Made by a program: the position numbers and the translations under genes. Positions 1 through 12,017 of a DNA stretch of 64,000 nt are shown here, one piece after another (the stretch's first letter is position 1; each line of letters starts with the position of its first letter). This DNA is from Callorhinchus milii (lineage: Eukaryota): positions 135,596,001 to 135,660,000 of the forward strand of contig NW_024704742.1 of NCBI RefSeq assembly GCF_018977255.1, in the 5' to 3' direction. The notes under the pieces were generated by a model that was not told where the DNA came from, did not search any database, and saw only the letters and a program-made list of their open reading frames with translations.

Positions 1-1854
1 CCCCGCCACCACCTACCCTCCCCCTCCACTTTTTAATCACCTAAGACCGTGGGAAACTCAGCCTGCATTAAAAAACACAATCAGATAATAATATTATGTG
101 TCCCCCCCCCCCCCCCCCAACACAAACACACCCACATCTCTCCCCCCTCATTCCTCCTGCCGCAAAATGACAACGGGATGCCAGTTTTTGAATCCCTTCA
201 GGATTTTATTTGTGACGGCGTTTGGCGGGGGGTGGGTGGTGGTGGTGGTGGGGGGGGTGGGGGAGGGAGAGTGGGGTGAGGGGGTGAGGGAGGGAGGTGG
301 GGGAGCGGAATGCACGGCTTACAATTAAGCATATGGGCATTAGGGTAATTGTCAGCTCTGTTTGTGGACGTTGATAGGAAGAAGACAGATGGAAACGAGT
401 CAGTGGTCTCCGCGGAGTCTCCCTGGGACACGGTTGATGTTTTACCTGGATGAGCTGTTCTGCTCAACTGAGAGGGATGGCACTGAGCGCTCTGTGCACG
501 TGCGCGCGCGCGCGCGTAAGTGCGCGCACGTGCGACATGCGTGCATTGTGTACGCGCGGGTTTGGGTGTGTGTGTGTGCGTTGGTGCCCGAATGGGCAAG
601 TGCTGAAGTCTTATTGCGCCCTCTGGAGACGAACCCTGGCATTGCTGCACCACCACCACCACCGTCATCATAACAACCGGATCATAGAATCGTCCGTGCG
701 TTTGATATTTACGCCTTATAAAGTCGTCGAGACGCCTCCGAGCGCTCCACGGCTGTACCGTGAAGCGAAGTGACTGTGTACTTTGCGGGCGAAACGCGGC
801 AGCTAGTTTGCACGCAGCAGTGTTCCACAAACAGCGATGGAGGGAGTGACCAAACTGTATCTGGGGGATTGTCGGTCAGGACACCGGGAAACCTGTTCGA
901 GTGTAATACACATTACAAAAAGGTGGGCGGGTTATTTGAGTGTGTTAATGAGTGTATTAATACACTGAGCAGTTTGTGGATAACACAATACATTTACACA
1001 TACACAGCATCTTTCACACCAGGAGGACGTCTCAAAGTGAAACACTAGACACCGGCTGGGCATGTGAGCCGGGGGTGGGGGAGAGGGGGAAGGATGACCA
1101 AAAGTGTGGTCAAAGGGCTAACTTTTAGGGGACCTTGGAACGAGGGAAGGGAGCAAGCGAGCGAGCGAGTTGGATGGAGTTCCAAAGCGGGGGGTGGGTG
1201 CGGAGGCAGAACAGAGAAGGTTCTTTGATGTCCACCTGAACAGATGCAGGGCACTGGACCATCAGGGATTTGCGCCCGAGCTGCTGGTTGGAATCAGGAG
1301 GGGGCGGAGGGTGGGTTGGGGAGGGGTAAGAGGGTGGCCAAGGTCCGGTCGAAGAGGAAGGTCTTGACGGAGCCAAGGGAGGGAGCGAGGCCAAGGTTAT
1401 AGAGTTGCAGAGGGTGAGGAGCTGAGCGGTGGGGACTCGAGATCCAAACGAGATTTCGGGATTATTTTTGTTGGAGGATGCGGGCAGGGTGGGTGGGTGG
1501 GTGGGTGGGGGATGGGAGGTGGGGGGGACGAAGCACGAATGCGATGGGAATCGGAGCGGAACTAACGGAAGACTGACATAATTATAAGCTGAGCCAAGGT
1601 TCCCCGGATAAATGGCACTGGTCTGACAGCCACAAGCACCAGGGTGGGAGCTCAGCACAGTTGGATACTCAATGGGTAACATTTTAAATAAAGCAACCGT
1701 TAATGTCAGCTTCTCGAGAATATATTAGTCTAATTTAAAGGAGCTTGGCTCTCCGGGCTCTCAAAAAGAGGGTTGAGGGGGAATTAAACACAAACCGGTG
1801 TGAATTTGATTTGTTTTTAGCGGGGCAAGAGAGGAGCTGTTACATATTTCTATT

Positions 1855-2192
1855 GATAATAAGCCTTGCATTCGACACGGCACCTTATCACGCCTTTGAG
1901 ACGGCTCGAAGCGCCTCACAGAATATACCGTAAAGTGAATTGACTGTGTATTTTGTGGGCGAAACGCGGCAGCCGGTTGCGCGCGGCGGCGTCCCACAAA
2001 CACTCGTGGGTTGAGTGACCTTATTATTTTTTTTAAGGGATTATTACCTCCGGAAAAGCGATCCGGGGTTGGTAAACAGAGGCGTGGAGAGTAAAAAAAA
2101 ACTTGCCTAAGGTTTCGCCCCGCCTGGGAATCGAACCCGGGTCCTCTCGCTTGCGGGACGAGCGCGCTGACCACTGAGCTGCAGGACTCCAA
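1855..2192 (-). mobile_element. tRNA-derived SINE with Deu-like core and L2-like tail
   Basis: Minus strand reads ggagtcctgcagctcagtggtcagcgcg...ggttcgattccc (Pol III A and B boxes), then the core gtttgtgggacgc..gcgcaac.ggctgccgcgtttcgcccac and the tail gcgcttcgagccgtc..gtgataaggtgcc..aatgcaagg. Confidence 0.85.
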
Positions 2193-2267
2193 CCGTCATT
2201 GCTGTTGACCGGCTCCTCTCCCGTTGCTGTTTGGCTGAGCCGCTGGGCTGTGTTTGCTGTGTTTCAG

Positions 2268-2403
2268 GTGGGACCTCACCGTGAGGAGGGCGTGGGTCTG
2301 CGAGGCAGCCATTCCATTGTGCCAAACCAAGTGCCAGTCTCACAGCTTCCTGTCCAGTCAGCCACCTCCCCCGACATCAACCAGGCACAGGACCCCTACA
2401 GAG
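2268..2403 (+). CDS. TCF4: TCF4 (E2-2) internal coding exon VGPHREEG...QDPYR
   Basis: tttcag acceptor at 2266-2267 and gtaagc donor at 2404. Translation [45 protein letters not shown] closely matches the recalled vertebrate TCF4 segment ([45 protein letters not shown]). Upstream exons lie outside the window. Confidence 0.95.
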
Positions 2404-2710
2404 GTAAGCCCCCCCCCACCACCACCACGACACACGGAGCTTAGCGTGACACAAATGAAACAAAATCATTGTGTTTCGCATAGCGCGCGCGTATATATGT
2501 GTGTGCGTATGTATATGTGTTGTGCGTGTGTATGTATATGTAAGTATGTGTTGTGTGTACGTGTGTATATGTATGTGTTGTCTGTGTGTGTATGTATATG
2601 TGTGTATGTATGTGCAGGGTTTGTTATTTTCGTTGGTTAGAGCAGTGAGGGTTGGTGCCCTGTAACTGTCGGCTTGTTTTAAGAAATCCATGCTGACTGA
2701 TGTGTACGTG

Positions 2711-2938
2711 CTGTGTACAATACAGTCTGTACATATACCCACTGTGTACATTACAGTCTGTACATATACCCACTGTGTACATTACAGTCTGTACATATAC
2801 CCACTGTGTACAATACAGTCTGTACATATATCAATTGTGTACAATACAGTCTGTACATGTAGCCACTGTGTACATTACAGTCTGTACATGTAGCCACTGT
2901 GTACATTACAGTCTGTACGTATTCCCACTGTGTACAAA
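2711..2938. repeat. 31-bp minisatellite (ctgtgtacattacagtctgtacatataccca), about 7 copies
   Basis: Directly visible tandem array in a TCF4 intron, followed by a degenerate ttgatcagtgattgctgtgtgt-type array at 2960-3125. Confidence 0.9.
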
Positions 2939-3161
2939 GCACAGTTTCTCCTCTCTGAATTGATCAGTTGCCTGGCTATTGATCAGTGATTGCTGTGTGT
3001 ATTGATTAATGATTCCTAAGTGTATTGATCAGTGATAGCTCTGTGTATTGATGACTGATTGCTGTTTATTGATCGCTGATAGCTGGGTATTAATCGCAGA
3101 TAGCTGTGTGTGTTGATCAGTTGCTGAGCGAGGTAGAGACTGATGATCTTTGCTGTTGTAG

Positions 3162-3309
3162 CTCTCTCCAGTGGGCTGCAGGGTCAGAGTGTATCGTCTG
3201 TTGGTTCAGATATAAAGTCAGAGGACGAGGCAGATGAAAATCAGGACTCAAAGACTTCGGACGACAAGAAGGCAGATGACGACAAGAAGGACAACAAGTC
3301 AGTACACAG
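3162..3309 (+). CDS. TCF4: TCF4 coding exon [10 protein letters not shown]...KKDNKSVH
   Basis: ttgtag acceptor and AG|gtgcgg donor. Phase-compatible with both flanking exons. [29 protein letters not shown] matches TCF4. Confidence 0.93.
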
Positions 3310-3977
3310 GTGCGGCCTCCAAACAGTAAATGATCAGTTGATTTCTTATAGTCTCAGCCTTAAACCATTTGCCACCTCTTTACTCGTCTTCAAATCACTC
3401 CCGAAGATCCTACCCGAGGGTATAAGTCCCTCCATGCCCCAACATGTCCCGTAAACCCCCTCCCTCACTCCCTCCCCCGCTCAGGTAACATCTGCCTACT
3501 GTGGTCCCCCCGACCCCACACGCCAACATCAGTGGCCGAGCCTTTAATCACGATACACCCAACCTCTGGTATTTCCTGTCTCAATCCCTTCACCTCGCCC
3601 GCTCGCGCTTTTTTATGTACCTTTAAATCCCATCTTGAGACTTGCCTCTTTTTCCAAGTGATCTGAGATGCCCTCATATAAACGGTATTGGGTAAACGCA
3701 AGTTATTGTTATTGTCTGGCCACCTCCCCCCTTCGCCTTTGCTCAGCGCCCAACCTCACCAGCTCCTGTTAACCCTGCAATCCAAAGCCCTAACGTCCGA
3801 GATGGACAAGCAGCGGGAAAGTCTCCGCACAGTGCTCTCAATGGCAAGCTCTGCAGTTTCAGCTGGTTAGACTCCAGCAGTTACCCCAACACACACTCTG
3901 GGCTCCCTTCAGCCCCAGCTCCCCCAACCCCTCCCAAGCCTTGGCTCTTTACAACCTGCGCCTAATAGTTTCAAGGT

Positions 3978-5962
<1,985 letters not shown>

Positions 5963-6439
5963 CCCAGAACCTACAAAATACACAGTAACGAGAACCTTAC
6001 AGTAAATTCTGTGAAACGCTTTGACACGTGCTCTTTGACGAGAAAGGCGCTGTGTCAAATGTAAAGATTGTTGCTACAAAGAATGAAGTGTAAAATGGAC
6101 CTGGGTAGGTATGCAGTCATTTTACATCGTCAGCTTTGTTACACCGCAGTACCCGACTCTCACCACTGGATGTCTCTCCCGAGATACATAGTGCTCCCTC
6201 TAGTGTTCGACAAACGGCACGAGTGTGACAATGTCCTCAACAGGTCCAAGTGTCGCAGATTGACGAGCGTTTTAAGGTCCCCCCCCGTTAATAATCTCAC
6301 ACTAATAAGCCCTCGCTCTTCAATGAAGCGCCTTCTCGCTTCCTCGAGACGTCTCCCAAGCGCCTCGAGGACACGCTGCAAAGCGCAGCGACTGCGTGTG
6401 CGTGTGTGTGTGCGTGTGTGTGCGTGATTCCTGTTGAGA

Positions 6440-6685
6440 AAGCCCGGCAGCCGATTCGCGCACGTCAGCGTCCCCCGCAAGCGGCGGTGGACGGAGCGAC
6501 CAAATTTTCTTTTTATTTTATTTTTTTTTAATTTTTTTTGGAAAGGATTATTATCCCCCGCAAAAGCCGTCGGCTTAACACAACCGGGCTCCCGTTCACT
6601 GGCGGGTAAGCTTTCCACCGAGCGCGTGGAGTGAGGAAACCTGCCCACCGTTTCGCCCCGCCGGAGATTCGAACGCAAATCCTCT
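6440..6685 (-). mobile_element. Diverged, GC-enriched copy of the tRNA-SINE
   Basis: gcagccgatt.gcgcac..cagcgtccc...gagcgaccaaattt...gtggagtgaggaaacctgccca..gtttcgccc.gcc.gagattcgaac is colinear with the other minus-strand SINE copies. Confidence 0.75.
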
Positions 6686-6784
6686 TTGTTTGTGCCTTCG
6701 GATGTCCCCCGCGGCGCGGAAGGCGCTGCCAGTGCGCTTGCGGGCGCATTTTTTTGGCCGCTGACGGTTCTATTTCCGCCGCAG

Positions 6785-6921
6785 AGAGGAACCTGAACCC
6801 TAAAGCAGCTTGTCTGAAGAGAAGAGAGGAGGAAAAAGTCAACACAGAGCCACCCCCACTGTCGCTTGCGGGGATTCACCCCAACATGGGAGACACGGGC
6901 AATCACATGGGCCAGATGTGA
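6785..6921 (+). CDS. TCF4: TCF4 last coding exon ([19 protein letters not shown]...NHMGQM*)
   Basis: gcag acceptor. The C-terminus [19 protein letters not shown] is typical of TCF4. TGA at 6919-6921, then a donor gtaact at 6927. Confidence 0.96.
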
Positions 6922-9137
6922 ATATGGTAACTACACGTTATTCGTGACCCTATCACCCTCACCCTCCACTGGCGCCCCATTCCCCCACATATCCTCGTCC
7001 TCACCTTCAAAGCCCTCCACTGCCTTGCTCCTCCTTACCTCTGTTGCCTCGCCCCCCCCCCCCACCTCCCTTGCCTCCTTCAAGGGCTTGTCTCAAGATC
7101 CTCCTCTTCGATCGCACCTCCGGTCACCTTCCAACCCCCTACCCTTCCTGCCCTCCAACCCACCTGATCCCAACCACCAGCTCGGGTCTAAATCATTGAC
7201 TGTCCAGCGCCTTGGGACTTGTTCCCGACGTGAAAGGCGCGGTACATGTATAATTTGTCGTCGTTGGGGGGTAACTGCCGGAGTCTAACCAGTTAAAATG
7301 GGAGGGGGAGGAATGAAAAGAAGTCGTCACATAATTATTGATCCCTCTTCTTGTTTCTACAGGTCCTCAAAACAATATACACCCACCCTGGTGCCAGGTC
7401 AACTGAAACAAGTGAGAGATCACTTCCTTGACAAGTGTATTAACTTACAACAAATGTAAAATCACACTCTTCCCGGCCACCCCACCCCCCCCCCATCCTC
7501 CTCCTCCTCCTCCTCCTCCTCCTCTCTCCCTCCCTTTTTTATATAAAAAATGTCCAACAACAACAGCAACAGCAGCAGCAACAACAACAACAACAGACGG
7601 AGAACACATTTTAAGAGGTCGATGATATTGATTCACAGATGGGAAGGGAGGGAAGGAGGGAAAGAAGGAAGGAAGGAAGGAAGAAGGCAGGAAAGAAACG
7701 AATGAAATAAAGAAAAAGGGAGCAAATACTGCAATCCTTAAGCAACGCACGGTTTGCTTGGAGGCAGGGAACAAGCTATTAAACATATCACTCCAACAAA
7801 TATAACACATAGTGTGTTGCAAGCCGTTACCGTAGCGACTCGGAGATGAATGATAACGTCCTCTCTGTCGATGGGGAAGAAGGGAAGGAAGAAGAGAGAG
7901 AGAGAAGGGAGGGAGGGAGAGTGAGGAGAGGGGAAAGGGAAAAGTGGGGGGGAGGGGGGGGGGGGGGTGGGGGAATGCATTTGTGCCTGAAACTTCTGTA
8001 TAAAAAAAAATAAAATAAAAACGAAAAAAAAAAAATTCAATTTGTAGGTTGGAGAAAAAAATATTTATTTGAAGATAAAAAAAATAAATAAATTGTAACC
8101 TTGCAATAATGAGTCGGGAAAAAAAAATAAAAGTGTACTTCGATGGAGAGACAGACCAGAAAAAACAGGAAACAAAAGGAAAAAAATTTTCTCCGTCCGT
8201 CGTTCTAATAGTCAGCTATAGTGTTTGTTCTCTGGAGAAAGTGAGAGCTTTGTTCATCTCTCCTCCTCTCTTCCTACCCCCGACCACCCTTCGCTCCCTC
8301 TCCCCCTCCCTCCCTCCCCTTCTCCCACGCCTCCCACTTTGTAAAATTCAGTATTCACAAAAATACCAGCAACTCCCCCATCGCTGCTCTCCACCCCACC
8401 ACCCCCTCCTCTCCTCTCCTCTCCCCCACCCGCCCGCTGCCCAACAACCCAACCCTCCAGACCCCAATGCGAACATGCTGCTCGGGCAATTTCCTAGCCC
8501 ACGTGGGGAGTTAGCAGACAGAGGAATAGGTTAGACTCCTGACCGGGCTCTGTGTCTGCGTCTGTGTCATGTGGCTGTAAACCTGAGCTGTGCTTAACTT
8601 CCCTGATGGATTTCTTCCCGTAGAAAGTTTGCTGGACTATTAATTGGTGTGCGTGTGTGCGCGCGTGCGTACGTGTGCGTTGTGTGTGTGTGTGTGTGTG
8701 TCCGTGTGTGTTAGGAGTCGGGTTGATAATGGTGGGTTAGCACTGGTCTTCATTTCCAGCACTTTTCGCTAAGGGATTTTGGAAAAGTCTGGGAAGAGCT
8801 ACGAAGACGACGGGACGTTTGTGGTCTTGCTATCACCCCCCCCCCCACCACCTCCCTCCCTCCTTCCCTCCATGTAGCCCGCTGAGAGTCGTCAGCATCA
8901 AGATCTGTTTCAGAGGTCAGTTAACCTCAGGAGATGGAGGTACTTGCTTATGACCCTTTCCCCCCCTTCCCCTTCCCCTCCCCTTCCTCCAACCATCCCT
9001 TCCCACATTCCATTCCCCTCGCCTCTCCTCCTACCCCTGCTTTTCTTTCCTCCCTCCCATCGCCTCACCTCCCCGCCCCCTTTCTCTCTCTCTCTCTCTC
9101 TCTCTCCCCCAACGCTCTCCCCTTCCCCACCACATTA

Positions 9138-9312
9138 CAGTAAACCTCACATAAGTCATATCAGTTGGGACCACACATTTAATGTGACTTACGCAAAGTA
9201 TGAGCTTATGTGAAACTTGGATAAGTTAGAAGAAATTCAAGGGGACTTGAGCAGATTTACGACTTAGGCGATTATACGATTTATGCAGATCGGACTTATG
9301 TAAATGTTACTG
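9138..9312. mobile_element. pogo/Tigger-like (Tc1/mariner) MITE, 175 bp
   Basis: Terminal inverted repeats CAGTAAACCTCACATAAGTC (9138-9157) and GACTTATGTAAATGTTACTG (9293-9312), 16/20 match. TA on both flanks (9136-9137, 9313-9314). Internal gactta-like subrepeats. Confidence 0.7.
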
Positions 9313-10532
9313 TATAAGTAAACGAGATCCCGGGTTGGGTAGAGAAACAGCAGTAGGTGCTAAAAACACTTAGGGATCGAAACGTGGGGTGTATTTCCCC
9401 AACATAAGTCCCCACTAATACTGCTCTCCCACCCACCCACTATTCCCCCATCAAATAATTGCAAATGGATGTTTGCGATGTGATGTTCTCCTTAAAAAAA
9501 TGAATCACGGGTAGAAATCTGCCTTCCTGTCCAACTTTTGCCTGAGACGTGCTGACTCTGTGTGTGTGTGTGTGTGTGTATATATCTCTATATAGGTTTC
9601 TGGGGGGGGGGGGTTCAGATAGCACCTTGATCTATATTGAGCAGCGACTCGATAATAATATATCTGCCTTTGATTGACCTTGGGTTACCTTCCAGCATTG
9701 ATCATACTTAACAGGAGTTTTATTGTATGTTTGGGTGGGGGGGGGGGCGGGGTGGAGGCAATGACAGGGAGATTGTTGATACCCTTCTGACTCTGTTCAG
9801 CCTGAAAAATCCTGCTTCATTCTATGCACGGGGTGGGGGTGGGGGGGAGGGGTTGGGGTTGTGGGGAGGGGGGTGGCGGGGAGGGTGGGAGAGTGCAACA
9901 AAAGCCAAGTGTTCCTGGCCCCAGCTCTGTCTGTCCACTTCGGACGTCTCTATATGCAATCGTTGGGGGGGATGGGGGTGTGAAGGGAGAGTGTATGGGG
10001 CATTGGGGGGGAAAGGGTAGGGTGGTTTCATTCATTCTTTTTTTTTTGCTTCCGACTCACGGGTATGGGTTATGTCTCGGTCTTGGCTTGCTAGAAAAGT
10101 AGAAAGTTCCCCCCTGTTTATTCCCAAGTTTTTCTGTAGTTTTGTTTTGATACTTGAATGAGCTCGAGACTGAAATAACTTTACAAGAACTGAACTTTGT
10201 GCGTGTGTGTTCTGGGTGGGAGAGTGCTCTGAAAAAGCTATCCATTTTAAGCCCCTTTTCTCTGTCCTCTTCCCCCCCCCCAACCCCTCCCCACAACAGC
10301 ACACGTAATCCCCACAAACTGACACCATTTTAGTGTTTTTTTATTCAAATATTTCTTTCGTTTTATCGCCTACGAAAAAAAATCACAGTCGTTACTCTGT
10401 ATAGTAAATCCTGTAAAGTATTTGGGACGTGAAAGGTACTGTACCAAGTGTAAGGATTATTATTAATATTATCATTATTATTTCTCTAATTTCCCCTTTT
10501 GAAAGCTCTTTGTTGAGTTTCTGCTTCACCTT

Positions 10533-10845
10533 TGTGGAGGCCTGTAGTTCAGTGGTTAGAGCACTCGCCTTGCAAGTGAGAGATCTGGGTTCGATTCCCG
10601 GCAGGGCGAAACCATGGACAAGTTTCCTTACTCCATACGTCTGATAATAATCCCTCAAGAAAAAAATAAGAAATTGGTCACTTCAATCCACGACTGTTTG
10701 TGGGACGCTGCTGTGCGCAATTGGCTGCCGCGTTCGCCCACAAATATACAGTCAATTCACTTTACAGTGTGATCTGTGAAGCGCTTTGGGACGTCCTCCC
10801 GACGTGAAAAGCGCTATATCAAATGCAAGGATTATTATTATTATA
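10533..10845 (+). mobile_element. tRNA-Ala-derived SINE, near full length, inside the TCF4 3'UTR
   Basis: Head with A box tagttcagtgg, anticodon loop cttgcaa (TGC) and B box ggttcgattcc, followed by the Deu-like core, the tail hairpin and an (ATT)n end. Confidence 0.9.
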
Positions 10846-11204
10846 TCAAATGCAAGCATTGTTGTTATTATTATTATAACCAGCATTTGTGGGTAGATGT
10901 TTCATGCCCCCACAGTGACCCTCAAATATTCTCCTAACGTCTCCATCCGCCTCCCTCCTTCATTTGTGGGTTAGTTTGTTTGTTGGTAGTTAAAAAAATG
11001 CAAGTTGTTGTTGGTATTAAATCGCACTCTAGTTACCGCACTTTACCTTTCCTTTTGTCTACAAAATATACAGTCGATTCACTTTACAGTATATTCTGTG
11101 AAGCGCTTTGAGACGTTTCGAAGACGTGATAAGGTGTTATATCAAGTTCAAGGATTATTATTATTATTATTTACTGACCAGTGCGAATAGCTTACTGTAT
11201 AAAA

Positions 11205-11460
11205 CTACCTGCTGAAACTCTGGTCCACGCCTTTATCACCTCAAGGCTGGACTATGGGAACTCTCTCCTCGCCGGCCTTCCCGCCACCTCCCTCCACACT
11301 GCAGGTCATTCAGAACCCTGCAGCTCGTGTACTGTCCCGCACCAGACACGGCGACCACATCACTCCCACCCTCGCTCGCCTCCACTGGCTCCCCATCCCC
11401 CAGAGGATCGAATTCAAGATCCACATCCTCACCTACAAGGCCATCCACGGCCTCACACCC
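11205..11460 (+). mobile_element. L2 LINE ORF2 fragment
   Basis: Frames give PAETLVHAFITSRLDYGNSLLAGLP and LQVIQNPAARVL..HITPTLARLHWLPIPQRIEFKI..LTYKAIHGL, which are L2 RT C-terminal motifs. Confidence 0.9.
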
Positions 11461-11834
11461 TATTCCCTCCCCCCCTCCCCTCTACAATCACTCACGGATT
11501 CCCTGTTCCCAAAAGTACAAATAGGTTTCAATATTGTTTTCTTTAAATTACTTCACGTTAAAAGACACCATTTGAAAGTTACACAATTACAAAGGCTGAT
11601 TTTTTAGGGGGTTGGTAATGACTTTTTTTTAAGAATCGCCTTTTTTCATGTAATGTGAAAAAAGACGAATGCCTCGTCGTTTAACTCGAAGAGTTAACAG
11701 CGCAGAGCTGTAGATCGTGGTTCCTGGGTGGGGCTCGATGCTCGGAGGGCCGGGGAGGGGAGCGGGGTGTAGAGGGTGAAGGGATTACGTCCACCATATC
11801 CCAATGGGGCTTACTATGCGCTAACAGTAAAGGC

Positions 11835-12017
11835 ATGTCCAGAGGATGCCCAATTTATTGTCATTTTCAAGACTGAGGTGGATAGATATTTGTAGGTCAG
11901 GGTATCAAGGGATATGGGGCAAAGGCGGGTAATTGGACTTGAGGTACAGATCAGTCATGATCTAATATAATGGCGGACTAGGCTTGAGGGGCTGAATGAC
12001 CTACTCCTGTCCCTATG
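11835..12017 (+). mobile_element. CR1-clade LINE 3' end
   Basis: ttcaagactgaggtggatagatatttg...tatcaagggatatggggcaaaggcgggtaattgg...gaggggctgaatgacctactcctg. The same motif recurs at ~24775-24955, ~50130-50285 and (minus) ~40300-40460. Confidence 0.75.

Noticed and set aside
2711..2938. Regular ~31-bp repeats resembling a CRISPR array
   Set aside because: No unique spacers, no cas genes, and a vertebrate intron context. It is a minisatellite.
6088..6126. Hairpin tgtaaaatg...cattttaca as a possible pre-miRNA
   Set aside because: The stem is only ~9-11 bp, too short for a Drosha substrate, and I recognised no mature miRNA.
10533..10608. tRNA-Ala-like sequences (also at 38759, 41662, 42884, 53241 and others)
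   Set aside because: Each continues into the SINE core and tail and varies between copies. They are SINE heads, not tRNA genes.
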